A stretch of 64,000 nt of DNA from an uncultured bacterium (GCA_965371245.1 CBDUXT010000022.1:620-64619); one strand, 5' to 3'; counted from the stretch's first letter, positions 1 to 9,811 are shown. Numbers and translations are program-made. The notes: generated from the sequence alone by a model not told the origin.

Positions 1-83
1 ATGTCAGACCGATGCATCGCCTTTCCTTGTCCGGCTCGGGATTCTTCGAGCACCATCCATCCGGCCCGCGCGACGACCGCGGG

Positions 84-557
84 CTACGGCATCACAAAAC
101 CGTGCTCCGAGTCGCGGATCGTGAGAACCGCGCAGGGCGCCTTGCGCACAACTTTTTCCGTCGTGCTTCCCAGCAACATGTGGCTGAGGGCGCCGCGACC
201 ATGCGTACCCATGACGATCAGATCGATCTCGCTGGACCGGGCGTAGGCGATGATCTCCGCGAAGGGTCGCCCGAGCACCACCTGCACAACCGGCTCGTGC
301 GTCAACGCCGTCAGGTGGTCGGCGCGAAACTGGTCCATGCGGGTACCGGCGAACTTGAGCAGATCCTCGGCCGGTGGACCGACGGGAATGCTCTCGGGTC
401 CCATAGCGCTCCAATATTGATAGGCCTCGTCAACAACGGTGAGGCAGTGGATCTGAGCGTCGAAGGCCTCGGCGAACGCCCGCGCGTGGCGAAGCGCCAC
501 CAGCGCAAGCTCGGAGAAATCGGTCGGGAACAGGATTCGATCGATCTTGATCGACAT
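84..557 (-). CDS. universal stress protein (UspA family)
   Basis: 157-aa ORF. N-terminal ILFPTDFS motif. C-terminal DLIVMGTHGRGALSHMLLGSTTEKVVRKAPCAVL is the typical Usp ATP-binding G-x2-G-x9-G-S/T segment. Confidence 0.85.
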   Translation of the reverse strand: MSIKIDRILFPTDFSELALVALRHARAFAEAFDAQIHCLTVVDEAYQYWSAMGPESIPVGPPAEDLLKFAGTRMDQFRADHLTALTHEPVVQVVLGRPFAEIIAYARSSEIDLIVMGTHGRGALSHMLLGSTTEKVVRKAPCAVLTIRDSEHGFVMP

Positions 558-616
558 GAAGCCATCCTTCTCGGCTAGTCTACGGTCAACCTTGAATCCG
601 CGGGCTTCGCTCGGTA

Positions 617-700
617 GGTGGCCCGCCTCTTCAGAGTTGGGGGACTCGAATGGTCTTCGGATTCGCGTCCCCCACGGCTAAAGCCATGGGCCACCCAACC
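617..700 (+). repeat. family-A ~80-nt intergenic repeat, copy 1
   Basis: Shares the core GGGGGAyTCGAATrGTC...CCGGATyCGC...CCACrGCyAArGCCATGrGCC with 15740-15821 and 57548-57630. Perfect inverted 8-mer termini GGTGGCCC (617-624) and GGGCCACC (688-695). Confidence 0.7.
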
Positions 701-955
701 TGGTGTGTGCTGGACAGATTCCACCTGGATCGTAGAAGTGATGAGCGAGAGCGTCAAACGGGTGCATGACAGAATCAGCGTTGGGCGGTCTCCAGAGCAC
801 CGAGCGCAAGCCCGGTGACATACCGACGCCGGGGTCCGCAGCCTGGCGACTGCGGCTCTGAACCGTCGTACCGATCCCGCCGGATGTGTAACGGCCCCCA
901 TCAAACCGGCAGGGTGCCACGCACCGCCCGGGCGGCTATAATCGCGGGTTCAAAG

Positions 956-1942
956 ATGCGACCCGGACGAGAAGAACCGGCGCGTCGGCTGCGCACTGAG
1001 GAGCCTTGGTTGAACCTGACCGTACTGCCATCGTCGTCACGACGACCGGGGCGGCGCTTGCCCCCGTGGCTGAAGCGTCCACTGCCGTCGGGGGACTTCG
1101 CGCATACCCATCGCGTAGTGGCGGAGAGCGGGGTGGCCACCGTGTGCGAGGAGGCCCGATGCCCGAACCTGTCGGAGTGCTGGTCGAAACGTCACGCGAC
1201 GTTCATGATTCTGGGCGACAAGTGTACGCGGCGGTGCCACTACTGTGCCGTGGCGACGGCCCGCCCGGAGCCGCCGGCGCCCGACGAGCCCGACCGGCTT
1301 TCAGAGGCGGTCGCCAAGCTCGACCTGCTGCACGTGGTGCTCACCGCCGTCGCGCGGGACGACTTGGCCGACGAAGGCGCGGAGCACTTCGCACGGTGCG
1401 TCGAAGCCATTCACGCGCGATCGCCCAAGACCACGGTCGAGGTTCTCCCGGCCGACTTTCACGCCCGGCGCGAGTGCATCCAGGTTCTCTGTGAAGCCGC
1501 CCCGGAGCTGTTCAACCACAACCTCGAGATGGTCGAGCGGTTGACGCCAGCCATTCGTCCGCAGGGAAGATATCACCGCTCGCTCGACGTGCTGCGGATC
1601 GTCAAGGAGATCGCCCCGCGGATGATTACGAAGTCCGGAATCATGGTCGGGCTGGGCGAGACCACCGAAGAGCTTCACCGCACGATGGCGGATCTTCGAG
1701 CGGTTGGTTGCGATGCGCTGACGATCGGGCAGTATCTTCAGCCGACGCTTACCGACCATGCGGCCGTGGCCAAGTTCTATACGCCGGAGGAGTTCGACGG
1801 GTTGGGCGAGGTTGGCCGGGGCATGGGGTTTCTCAGCGTCTCATCGGGACCGTTCGTCCGCTCCAGCTATAACGCGGCCGAGGTCTTCGCGGAGAGCCGC
1901 CGACGGCTGGGGCGCGCCGAACCCGATTCGTCCGTACGTTAG
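956..1942 (+). CDS. lipA: lipoyl synthase
   Basis: Radical-SAM CTRRCHYC motif, auxiliary-cluster CEEARCPNLSEC motif and the PPWLKRPLP N-terminal motif. ATG 956 chosen. An in-frame TTG at 1010 preceded by GAGGAG (998-1003) is an alternative start. The ORF-track start at 815 looks over-extended. Confidence 0.93.
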   Translation: MRPGREEPARRLRTEEPWLNLTVLPSSSRRPGRRLPPWLKRPLPSGDFAHTHRVVAESGVATVCEEARCPNLSECWSKRHATFMILGDKCTRRCHYCAVATARPEPPAPDEPDRLSEAVAKLDLLHVVLTAVARDDLADEGAEHFARCVEAIHARSPKTTVEVLPADFHARRECIQVLCEAAPELFNHNLEMVERLTPAIRPQGRYHRSLDVLRIVKEIAPRMITKSGIMVGLGETTEELHRTMADLRAVGCDALTIGQYLQPTLTDHAAVAKFYTPEEFDGLGEVGRGMGFLSVSSGPFVRSSYNAAEVFAESRRRLGRAEPDSSVR

Positions 1943-2035
1943 CAGCCAGTTTAAGCAGTGTGGCACCCGTCCCTTCGTCGGTCGCAAGGGTGGGATCCTT
2001 CACGAAAACACAAAGCCCTCTGAGGATCATCGAGC

Positions 2036-2743
2036 GTGCCCATACCCGAGTCACTTGTCGAAAACCTTCGCGGTCGATTCCTGGTGCTTGATGGTCCGGA
2101 CGGGGCCGGCAAGTCCACGCAGCGCGAGATGTTAAGCGACGCCCTGACGACCGCCGGCGTCGAGGTCGTGTCCTGCCGGGATCCGGGCGGTACGATCGTC
2201 GGCGATCGCATCCGATCGGTCCTTCTGGACCATGATCTGCGTGAGATGGATGTCAACTGCGAGACACTGTTGTTCATGGCGTCGCGCGCGCAGCTCATCG
2301 CCGAAGTGATCCGCCCCGCCCTCGAGGCACACAAGACCGTGCTGTGTGATCGATTCGTCACCTCGACCTGTGCCTATCAGGGGGCGGCCGGTTACGACCC
2401 GAAGCGCGTGGTTGATCTGGCCGGCTACGCCATCGGCGACCGTTGGCCGGACCTAACACTTGTCTTCGATGTCGATGTGGTCGAGGGATTCGACCGCATC
2501 GGCCGAAAAGCGAAACACGCGGGCAAGAACCGGCAGCGGTTCGCCGGCGAGGGGTCGCTTTTCGGTGACAGTCAGCCGGACGCGATGGAGGCTCGGTCGA
2601 TGGAGTTTCATCGCAAGGTTCGGACCATGTTTCTGGCGGTCGCGGACTATTATCCGCGCCCGGTGCTAGTGGTGGACGGGCGCGGCGATCCGGCGGCGGT
2701 TCACGTGCAGGTGTTGGAGGCGCTAACGAGTGTCACTCTCTGA
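2036..2743 (+). CDS. tmk: thymidylate kinase
   Basis: P-loop LVLDGPDGAGKSTQ, DRF motif (CDRFVTST), about 235 aa, GTG start. Confidence 0.92.
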   Translation: MPIPESLVENLRGRFLVLDGPDGAGKSTQREMLSDALTTAGVEVVSCRDPGGTIVGDRIRSVLLDHDLREMDVNCETLLFMASRAQLIAEVIRPALEAHKTVLCDRFVTSTCAYQGAAGYDPKRVVDLAGYAIGDRWPDLTLVFDVDVVEGFDRIGRKAKHAGKNRQRFAGEGSLFGDSQPDAMEARSMEFHRKVRTMFLAVADYYPRPVLVVDGRGDPAAVHVQVLEALTSVTL

Positions 2744-3899
2744 GGTCGAACATCAAGGCCATGCCCAGTCGCTGATCCAGCGGGCGTTCGCGGCCGACCG
2801 CGTTCCGCATGCCTATCTGTTTCATGGCCCGGACGGCGTGGGCAAGGAGAAGCTCGCCGTCGGGCTGGCCCAGCTCTTGCTGTGTCCGACGCCGGTTGAT
2901 GAGCCGGTGGACGCCCAACGGGTTGGCGTGGAACGGCTTCGCATGGGCTGCGGCTCGTGCGGGGAATGCCGCTTGGCCGTGGCCGGCACGCACCCCGACC
3001 TTCATCTGATCTACCGCCAGCTCTCGCGCGACCATCCAGACGCGGTCGTACGGAAACGAAAGGCGCTGACCATCGGCGTGGACGTGCTGCGTCACTTCGT
3101 CATCGACAAGACGGGGCTTACACCGATACACGGGCGGGCCAAGATGTTCATCATCCGCGAGGCGGACCGCATCACGCCCCAGGCACAGAACGCGCTGCTC
3201 AAGACGTTGGAGGAGCCGCCCGGAGCGACGGTGCTGATTCTCCTGGTGGGCGCGCTGGATCGAATGCTTCCGACGACGCAATCACGCTGCCAGGTCGTTC
3301 GCTTCGACGCACTGCCGACGTCGTTTGTCGCCGAGCGGCTGGCCACGCTTGTTCCCAGTGCCGACGCCGAGGCAGTCGCGTGGTACGCCCGCTGTGCCGA
3401 GGGCAGCCTGGGGCGCGGCGTTGAGTTCGCCCGGGACGATCTGTATGCGATGAACGCTCGCCTCGTTCCGGGCTTCGTCTTTCTGTGCGGCGGCGACACC
3501 GGCCTGCGAAACGATAAGGTGGTCAAGAGCTGGACGGATGAATCGAAGGCGCTCGGCGACTGTTTCCGCAAGCGCGACGCGGAGATCACGAACACCGAGG
3601 CCGGGCGGTGCGGGCTCAAGGCGATCTTTCAAGCGGCCGCTCGGTGGTACGGCGATGTCCTGCGCGTGTCCGCCGGCGAGGCGGCACAGACCGTAAACCA
3701 GACCTTTGTGGATCAGATTCGACGCATCGCCAAGCCTGCGGCGGGCGCCGGGTTCGAGCCGTCGAAGGCGATCGAGGCCGTCAATCGGCTCGCCCAAGCG
3801 GAGTGGCAGCTCGACCGGAACGTCTACGTTCCATTATGCCTCGGCGCGTTGGTGGACGACTTGGCAAGAATGGGCCGGCGCGCACTTGCCGCGACGTAA
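2730..3899 (+). CDS. holB: DNA polymerase III delta-prime subunit
   Basis: HAYLFHGPDGVGKEKLA P-loop-like motif, Zn-module CGSCGECRLAVAGTHPD, sensor SRCQVVRF. Overlaps the tmk stop by 14 nt, the classic tmk-holB arrangement. Confidence 0.85.
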   Translation: MSLSEVEHQGHAQSLIQRAFAADRVPHAYLFHGPDGVGKEKLAVGLAQLLLCPTPVDEPVDAQRVGVERLRMGCGSCGECRLAVAGTHPDLHLIYRQLSRDHPDAVVRKRKALTIGVDVLRHFVIDKTGLTPIHGRAKMFIIREADRITPQAQNALLKTLEEPPGATVLILLVGALDRMLPTTQSRCQVVRFDALPTSFVAERLATLVPSADAEAVAWYARCAEGSLGRGVEFARDDLYAMNARLVPGFVFLCGGDTGLRNDKVVKSWTDESKALGDCFRKRDAEITNTEAGRCGLKAIFQAAARWYGDVLRVSAGEAAQTVNQTFVDQIRRIAKPAAGAGFEPSKAIEAVNRLAQAEWQLDRNVYVPLCLGALVDDLARMGRRALAAT

Positions 3900-3970
3900 G
3901 GCCCGACGACTCGCCGGCCGGTGCGTCACCCAGGCATCGAAGGGCGCCATGCTCACGCTTGCGTGAGTGG

Positions 3971-4029
3971 GTAGGGCGGGCTATTGCCCGCCTTCTGGGA
4001 GTCGAGCGGCGGGCAATAGCCCGCCCTAC
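3971..4029. repeat. family-B palindromic element, copy 1 (two 22-nt hairpin units in inverted orientation)
   Basis: GTAGGGCGGGCTATTGCCCGCC (3971-3992), a 15-nt spacer, then its exact reverse complement (4008-4029). Each unit is itself a 7-bp hairpin. A near-identical element lies at 59133-59191. Confidence 0.85.
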
Positions 4030-4066
4030 TTTCTGAAGCGTGGAGCGCGCTTTTGACGCAAGTCGT

Positions 4067-4175
4067 GTAGGTCGGGTCATCGACCCGGCATTTCTTGACT
4101 GCCATCGCGATGGCATAATTGGTACACAGCCACAGGATCACGCTTGCAACGTGCCGGGTCGATGACCCGGCCTAC
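4067..4175. repeat. second inverted hairpin pair flanking a 14-nt perfect palindrome
   Basis: GTAGGTCGGGTCATCGACCCGGC (4067-4089) and its reverse complement with one mismatch (4153-4175). GCCATCGCGATGGC lies at 4101-4114. Sits between the convergent ends of holB and the methyltransferase gene, so it is plausibly a bidirectional terminator. Confidence 0.7.
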
Positions 4176-4179
4176 GGCA

Positions 4180-5124
4180 CTACGAACGCAGGCTCAGCTG
4201 GTAGGTAAAAAAGGACGTGACGCACTCTCCCAGCAGCGGCACAGGCAACAGAGCGCGTGTGGCCCGGCGAACGGTCGATCCGCTGAACCCGAACCTACGG
4301 CGACAGGAAATCTCCAACCCGGCGGCACGAACGATGCGCTCGAAGCGCCGCCGCGTCAGCCGGTTCAAGAAGGGATAGAAGCTTCGCGTGCCGCGCCACT
4401 TGTTGGGCTTCTTTTTCCCGGTCGCCGGATCGATGTCCCACTTCCGCGGTACGTAGTCCCGGGCGTCGTAGAGATCGGCACAGGCCGAAAACATCACCCG
4501 CTCGGGTACTAACAGATGAATCCACGGCAGCGGGATGAGGGATTCCAAGTGATGCCCATAGGGACCACGCCACGGCGACCACCAGATCCACACCGCCCCA
4601 CCCGGTCGCAGGACGCGCTGCCACTCAGAGGCGACGGAGGCCATGTCCGGTATGTGCTCGACGACATCGAAACAGCAGATGAGATCGATGCTGCAAGTCG
4701 CAAGCGGGATTTCCTCGTGCGCCTCGTTGCAGATGAACGTCGCTTGGCCCGCGGCGGTCGCCTGACGGATCGCGTCCGCTGATTTATCGAGGCCGCACAG
4801 GCTGCGGGGCTGACAGTCGCCAAGCAGTGTACATAGCTCCCCCGTTCCGCAACCAAAGTCGAGCACGTCCCGGCCCGCGATCCGGGCGACGTCGAACCGC
4901 TCGTGGAGCTGCCCGCGGAGTTCGCGCATCCGCCATGCGCGATAGACCTGCTCGCCCGTCGTTCGCTTCAGGTCGCTGTCGGTATGAACGACCGAGCGCC
5001 GCTGGGCGAGCCGCGCCGCGTGGTAGAGCGCCCTCGCCGTCCACGAACCACCCGCAACCGGTGACGTCCGAACCGTCGTGTCGGGCATCTGAGAAGTAAC
5101 CAGGGTTGTCGGGCTTGCGGGCAT
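4180..5124 (-). CDS. class I SAM-dependent methyltransferase
   Basis: SAM motif I VLDFGCGTGEL and post-I/II motifs (DLICCFDVVEHI, LRPGGAVWIW). Confidence 0.8.
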   Translation of the reverse strand: MPASPTTLVTSQMPDTTVRTSPVAGGSWTARALYHAARLAQRRSVVHTDSDLKRTTGEQVYRAWRMRELRGQLHERFDVARIAGRDVLDFGCGTGELCTLLGDCQPRSLCGLDKSADAIRQATAAGQATFICNEAHEEIPLATCSIDLICCFDVVEHIPDMASVASEWQRVLRPGGAVWIWWSPWRGPYGHHLESLIPLPWIHLLVPERVMFSACADLYDARDYVPRKWDIDPATGKKKPNKWRGTRSFYPFLNRLTRRRFERIVRAAGLEISCRRRFGFSGSTVRRATRALLPVPLLGECVTSFFTYQLSLRS

Positions 5125-5401
5125 CGAACCTCGTAGCGAACCATCGGCGTCTTGACCGGAAGGAATATCGGTCCCTCAAACGATGGACTCGATGATCGCG
5201 AGCGTGTTCTGCGGGACGACGCTGCACCCACGAAAGGTGGATCGTTCGCCGACTACAGGGTTTCCAGGCGTGTTTCTCACCCCGCGACCGGCGGTGTCCG
5301 ATAAGCGCGCTGACGGTGAGTGCTGGTTTCGCCATCGGACGCTCCGCGCGCGTGCCCCGGACGAACCCGTCCCGTCGCGCGATGCCCAAGGCCTGGAACG
5401 C

Positions 5402-7045
5402 ATGACCAACGATCGTCGAGATTCTGAACCGCGGAGCCGCCGGCGTGAGATCGCCGTCATCGCGCTGGTGCTCATCAGCACAGCGCTGGTGTTGGGCAAG
5501 GACATCACCGTGGGCGGGCTGCGTCACGGCGACTCGGCCGCCCACGCGATGGACGGGGTGTTGATTCACGACTGGCTCGCGTCGGGACCGGCGGCCTGGG
5601 TAGAACCGATGGCGTTCGCCCGGGCACAATACGCCCACTATCCGACGTTGGGCATCGGACGGCACTATCCACCCGGCTTCGCGATGGTCGAGGCCGGTTT
5701 TTTCGCGATGTTTGGCGTCTCCCCGGTCTCGGCACGACTGTGTGTGCTCTTCTTCGGTTTGGTCGCGGCGACCGGGATCTATACCTACGTACGACCCTTG
5801 CGCGGTCGTACGGCCGCTGCCTTCGCGGCGATCGCCCTGGTGGCCATGCCGGCGACGACCCAGTGGGGTCGCCAGGTCATGCTCGAACTTCCAACGATGG
5901 CCGTGCTAACCTGGGCGGCCGTCGCATTTCGCCGCTATCTGGATCGACCCACGATCGGCCGCCTCGCGGTCGCTCTGCTCATCGCCCTGACCACCGTGCT
6001 CTTCAAGCAACCGGGCGTATTCCTTGTTGGTGCTATTGCGGTGACGCTCTTGATCGCCGGCATCACCAAAGCCGCCCCGCTTCGGCACAGCGCCCTGGCG
6101 TTGGCAATCGCGCTGGCCGCCGTCGTCGGCGTCGCGCTGTCGCTGGACGGGCATGGCGGGCAACTGCTCTCGGGTGACGCGACGTTCCCCGAGCGATGGT
6201 CCTGGGCGGCGCTGTCGTTCTATCTTCGCCAGGTTCCCCGCGGCGTGGGACCGTGGTGCCTGGTGGCCGCCGGTGTGGGCGCACTCACGGGCGCTCGCCA
6301 ACTCGGGCGGCACGGTGTCTTTCTGCTGGCCTGGTTCGCCACGTGTTACGTCATGCTGTCGATCGCGGACTACAAGAACCCTCGTTTCCTCTACCTGGGG
6401 TTCTTCCCGTTCGCGGTGGCGGCGGGCGTGGGTGCGGCCTACGTGCTGACGCGAATCCGTTCGGTCAACCTGCGCCGGGCCACGGCTGCCGTGTGTTGGG
6501 CGACGTGCTGCATGCTGGCGACCATGGGCCCCGTTGAGGATCGCCCGGACTACGGCACGGTCGTGGTGGCAAGGCGCGATCACATCATCGGACGGGCGGT
6601 GCTGTTCAGCGGGCTGCGCGACGGCGACTTCGTTTTCGCGGTGCGCCAGCATCTTCCATGGCGCAGCGCCGTGGTGATTCGAGGAAGCAAGCTTCTATAC
6701 ACGTGCAACGGTCGGGCGGACTTGGACTTCGTCTCGCACGTCGGCTCCGCCTCGGACATGCGCGCGCTGATGCGAAAGTTCGCCTTTCGCTCGGTGTTTC
6801 TCGAGACAAAGAGCGCGACCCCGCTTGAGGAAGACGCGCTGCTGCGGAACTACCTTGTACACGGAGGCGCCTATCGCTCCGTCGCCTCCTACGCCTTCAA
6901 GATGGCGGGCGGTCCCAGCTACCGCGATGCCACGCTGGAGGTCTACGAGCTCAACGTGCCCTTGGAACGGCAGGTCGAACACGTCGATATCCTGATTCAA
7001 AGAGCAAAGCAAACGATCCGGGTCCGGCTGAAGGGATGGCTCTAA
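5402..7045 (+). CDS. glycosyltransferase family 39/83-like membrane protein (PMT_2/ArnT-like)
   Basis: Multi-pass membrane protein. The N-terminal loop (GGLRHGDSAAHAMDG..YPPGF) is typical of ArnT/PMT_2 enzymes, followed by a soluble C-terminal domain. ATG 5402 lies just before the first TM helix, and ORF-track start 5183 is probably too early. Confidence 0.65.
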   Translation: MTNDRRDSEPRSRRREIAVIALVLISTALVLGKDITVGGLRHGDSAAHAMDGVLIHDWLASGPAAWVEPMAFARAQYAHYPTLGIGRHYPPGFAMVEAGFFAMFGVSPVSARLCVLFFGLVAATGIYTYVRPLRGRTAAAFAAIALVAMPATTQWGRQVMLELPTMAVLTWAAVAFRRYLDRPTIGRLAVALLIALTTVLFKQPGVFLVGAIAVTLLIAGITKAAPLRHSALALAIALAAVVGVALSLDGHGGQLLSGDATFPERWSWAALSFYLRQVPRGVGPWCLVAAGVGALTGARQLGRHGVFLLAWFATCYVMLSIADYKNPRFLYLGFFPFAVAAGVGAAYVLTRIRSVNLRRATAAVCWATCCMLATMGPVEDRPDYGTVVVARRDHIIGRAVLFSGLRDGDFVFAVRQHLPWRSAVVIRGSKLLYTCNGRADLDFVSHVGSASDMRALMRKFAFRSVFLETKSATPLEEDALLRNYLVHGGAYRSVASYAFKMAGGPSYRDATLEVYELNVPLERQVEHVDILIQRAKQTIRVRLKGWL

Positions 7046-7064
7046 GAGCCAAAGTGGAACACCG

Positions 7065-8423
7065 ATGTGGCCACATAAGACCATGATGTATTTCGGGCTG
7101 TTCTGGGCGGCGTGCCTTCTGGCGCTCATCAACCCCATCTGGGGCGTCGTCAACTATCTCATGGCCTACCAGACCAACCCGACCGACACTTGGTGGGGCA
7201 TTCCGCTTGTCACCTTGGGCATGCGGTTTTCGATGCTGGCTGCCCTGTTCACGCTGGCGGGTTTCTTGACGGGCCGGAAGAATGTTCCGAAATTTCGTCC
7301 GAACGTCTCCTATTGGGAGCTTGGCGTATTGCTTCTCGTGGCGATTGCGGCGTTGAACCTGCTCATCGGCTATGGGTACACGAGCAGCGCCAAGTACGCC
7401 TTCGAGAAACTCTGGAAGATGCTCCTGTTCGTGCTGATTCTGGGACGCCTGGCGAGCACCCGCCGGAACTTTCAGTTGGTGATCTGGGCGTTCGTCGCGG
7501 GAAGCCTCTACATCGGCCACGACGCCTACACCGCCTCGCCGTCGGCGTTTCGGCATGGACGGCTGAACCAGATCGGCGGGCCCGACTTCTCGACGACGTC
7601 GGGAACCGCCGCGCACCTCGCGGCCATGCTGCCCTTGATCGGCATGGCCTTTCTCACCGCGCGCCGCCTGTCGGGTCGAGCGTTGGCCGCGATCGCCGGT
7701 GCGTTCACGGTTAACGCGATCATCCTTTGCCGAACGCGCTCGGCGTTCCTCGGTCTGCTCTGTGGAGCGCTCGCGGCCGTCCTGTTCGCGCCGCGAGCAC
7801 GCCGCTTTCGGATTCACCTGCTATTGGGCACCGGCATGCTCCTGGCATATTCGCTAACCGACGGGCACTTCTGGACACGGATGGACACCTTGCGGCACAG
7901 CGAGGTGCTCGCCACAGATGCCGCGACCGTCAGCCGGACCGACATCTGGAAGGCGTCGAGACGCATCCTCAGGGACAAACCCCTCGGGATCGGCCCCGGC
8001 AACTTCCCGGCGGTCATCGGAACGTACAACCCGCGCTACAAACGGCGATCGACGCACAACACGCTGGTCGTGTGCTTCGTCGAACTCGGAGTCCAAGGCG
8101 GAATGCTGTTCCTGTGCATGGTGGGCGGCTCCTTCTGGTTCCTGTGGCGCGTGGCCGCGCTGGCCGACCGAACGAAGGCCCCACTCGAAACCCGCATCAT
8201 GGCTTACGGAACACTCGTGGCCCTGGTGACGTACCTTGTATCCGGGTTGGGCACCGAACGTTTCTATTGTGAGTCGTTCTGGTGGATTCTCACGCTACCG
8301 TTGTGCCTACACCGGGTCGTCGTGCAGGAGGTGGCGGCATACGCCCCCGGGTGGGAACTTGAGGGCGCTGCGAACAACAACGAACCCCATCCCGCGCTCG
8401 GTGGACCATGCTATGACATTTGA
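7065..8423 (+). CDS. O-antigen ligase/polymerase-like (Wzy_C) membrane protein
   Basis: About 10-12 TM segments. The periplasmic loop with RTRSAFLGL..., the GIGPGNF motif and HNTLV are typical of the O-antigen ligase family. Confidence 0.75.
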   Translation: MWPHKTMMYFGLFWAACLLALINPIWGVVNYLMAYQTNPTDTWWGIPLVTLGMRFSMLAALFTLAGFLTGRKNVPKFRPNVSYWELGVLLLVAIAALNLLIGYGYTSSAKYAFEKLWKMLLFVLILGRLASTRRNFQLVIWAFVAGSLYIGHDAYTASPSAFRHGRLNQIGGPDFSTTSGTAAHLAAMLPLIGMAFLTARRLSGRALAAIAGAFTVNAIILCRTRSAFLGLLCGALAAVLFAPRARRFRIHLLLGTGMLLAYSLTDGHFWTRMDTLRHSEVLATDAATVSRTDIWKASRRILRDKPLGIGPGNFPAVIGTYNPRYKRRSTHNTLVVCFVELGVQGGMLFLCMVGGSFWFLWRVAALADRTKAPLETRIMAYGTLVALVTYLVSGLGTERFYCESFWWILTLPLCLHRVVVQEVAAYAPGWELEGAANNNEPHPALGGPCYDI

Positions 8424-9603
8424 CACGCCTCCCCGCGTCGTTCACGTGGTTCACTCACTCGAAGGAGGTGGGACGGAGCACATGCTGGTGAAGCTTCTGC
8501 GGGCATTTGATCCGTCGCGACTCCGCCACTGCGTGATCACGCTTCGATCGGCGGGCGCGCTCTCTGCTCTTCTCCCCGACCACGTGGCCTGTCGCGCACT
8601 CGACGCCCGTGGACGATCCCAAACAACGGCTCTACGCCTGGCGGGCACGGTCCGCAGAAGCCAGGCCTGCGTCCTTCACGCCCGGAACACCGGCTGCTGG
8701 GCCGACGCGACGACCGCACGGCTGCTCGCTCCGCGCTGCCGGCTGATTCTTGGATTCCACGGACTCGAACACGACGGCGGGTTTAGCGCCAAGCAAACGC
8801 GTTGGGCCGGACGGGCGCAGCGCCTGGGCGCATCGTTCACGAGTGTATCCCTGGCGGGCCGCGATCAGCTTCGCGAGCAAGCCCACGTCGCCGACCGACG
8901 CATCACGCTTTTGCGAAACGGAATCGACACCCCTCGCCTTGGGGTGACCGACCCGAACATCAGGCGCCGCACCCGCGCCGAGTTCGGCTTCGATGACACT
9001 TCGTTTGTGGTGGGCGCCGTCGGGAGCCTCACGCCGGTGAAGGGGCACTCGGTTCTCATCGAAGCCGTGAAACAGTTGGCCGCCCGGTTCCACAGCGTGC
9101 GTCTTCTGCTCGTCGGCGACGGCCCTCTTCACCAAGCTCTCATCCAACAGGCCGCACAGGCTGGAATCGGCGACCGCGTCCGCCTCGCCGGGCGGCGTGA
9201 TAACATCCCCAGCCTGCTGGCGGCGATGGACGCCTTTGCGTGCAGCAGCCTGTCGGAAGGAATGAGTAACGCGCTCCTGGAAGCGATGGCGTCGGGTCTA
9301 CCCGTCGTCGCCACGGACGTCGGCGACAATGCGGTCGTGGTCCGCGACGGGACCGATGGACTGATTGTCCCGGCCGGGTCCGCAGACGCCATCCAACAAG
9401 CCCTCGCGACGCTGGTGAGAGACCACGAAGTTCGCGAACGCCTTGCGAAAGCGGCAAGAACGCGCGCCGCTTCTTTTGACTTCGATCAGACAGTTCGCGC
9501 CTACGAGGCGTACTACCTGCGTCTTTCCCGGGATCGAGCAGCGCCGGGCGCCGGCACCGTCGTGGACGGAAGGCATGTGACCGTTGCAACGCAGCTCACG
9601 TAG
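8413..9603 (+). CDS. glycosyltransferase family 4 (GT-B)
   Basis: N-terminal VVHVVHSLEGGGTE. C-terminal SLSEGMSNALLEAMASGLPVVATDVGDN (E-x7-E region). ATG 8413 overlaps the stop of the preceding gene. The upstream part of the 8236 ORF overlaps the ligase gene. Confidence 0.85.
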   Translation: MTFDTPPRVVHVVHSLEGGGTEHMLVKLLRAFDPSRLRHCVITLRSAGALSALLPDHVACRALDARGRSQTTALRLAGTVRRSQACVLHARNTGCWADATTARLLAPRCRLILGFHGLEHDGGFSAKQTRWAGRAQRLGASFTSVSLAGRDQLREQAHVADRRITLLRNGIDTPRLGVTDPNIRRRTRAEFGFDDTSFVVGAVGSLTPVKGHSVLIEAVKQLAARFHSVRLLLVGDGPLHQALIQQAAQAGIGDRVRLAGRRDNIPSLLAAMDAFACSSLSEGMSNALLEAMASGLPVVATDVGDNAVVVRDGTDGLIVPAGSADAIQQALATLVRDHEVRERLAKAARTRAASFDFDQTVRAYEAYYLRLSRDRAAPGAGTVVDGRHVTVATQLT

Positions 9604-9811
9604 ATCGTCCTCGTCCGTCGCCTACCCCCGGATTCGACTCCCTTTACCGGACCCAACGTAGGCTCGACCGCATCAGCGGAATCAAGCTTTGCCTAGTCCA
9701 ATAACTACGGGCTTGGCGAAGAACCCGGGCACGACGGAAGCGTGGAAGCGGGAATCTTCTTTGGCCTCAAGGACCGCATAACTAAGTCCGAAAAAACAGG
9801 AGCCCGGTTTC

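Noticed and set aside
617-700. Family-A repeat as a tRNA fragment or tRNA-like structure, because of its TTCGAAT core
   Set aside because: The bases flanking TTCGAAT do not pair into a T-stem, and no acceptor-like or anticodon-like arms can be drawn.
815-955. Upstream extensions of ORF-track calls: lipA from 815, GT39-like from 5183, GT4 from 8236, smc from 11942, peptidase from 15898, ligase fusion from 34808, SRAP to 63369
   Set aside because: The extensions overlap neighbouring genes or repeats, are Arg/Pro-rich, and precede canonical N-termini that have better start or RBS context.
3971-4175. Possible CRISPR array, suggested by repeated 22-23-nt palindromic units
   Set aside because: The units occur as inverted pairs rather than direct repeats. 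Only two pairs are present, spacing is irregular (15 and 63 nt), and no cas genes lie nearby.
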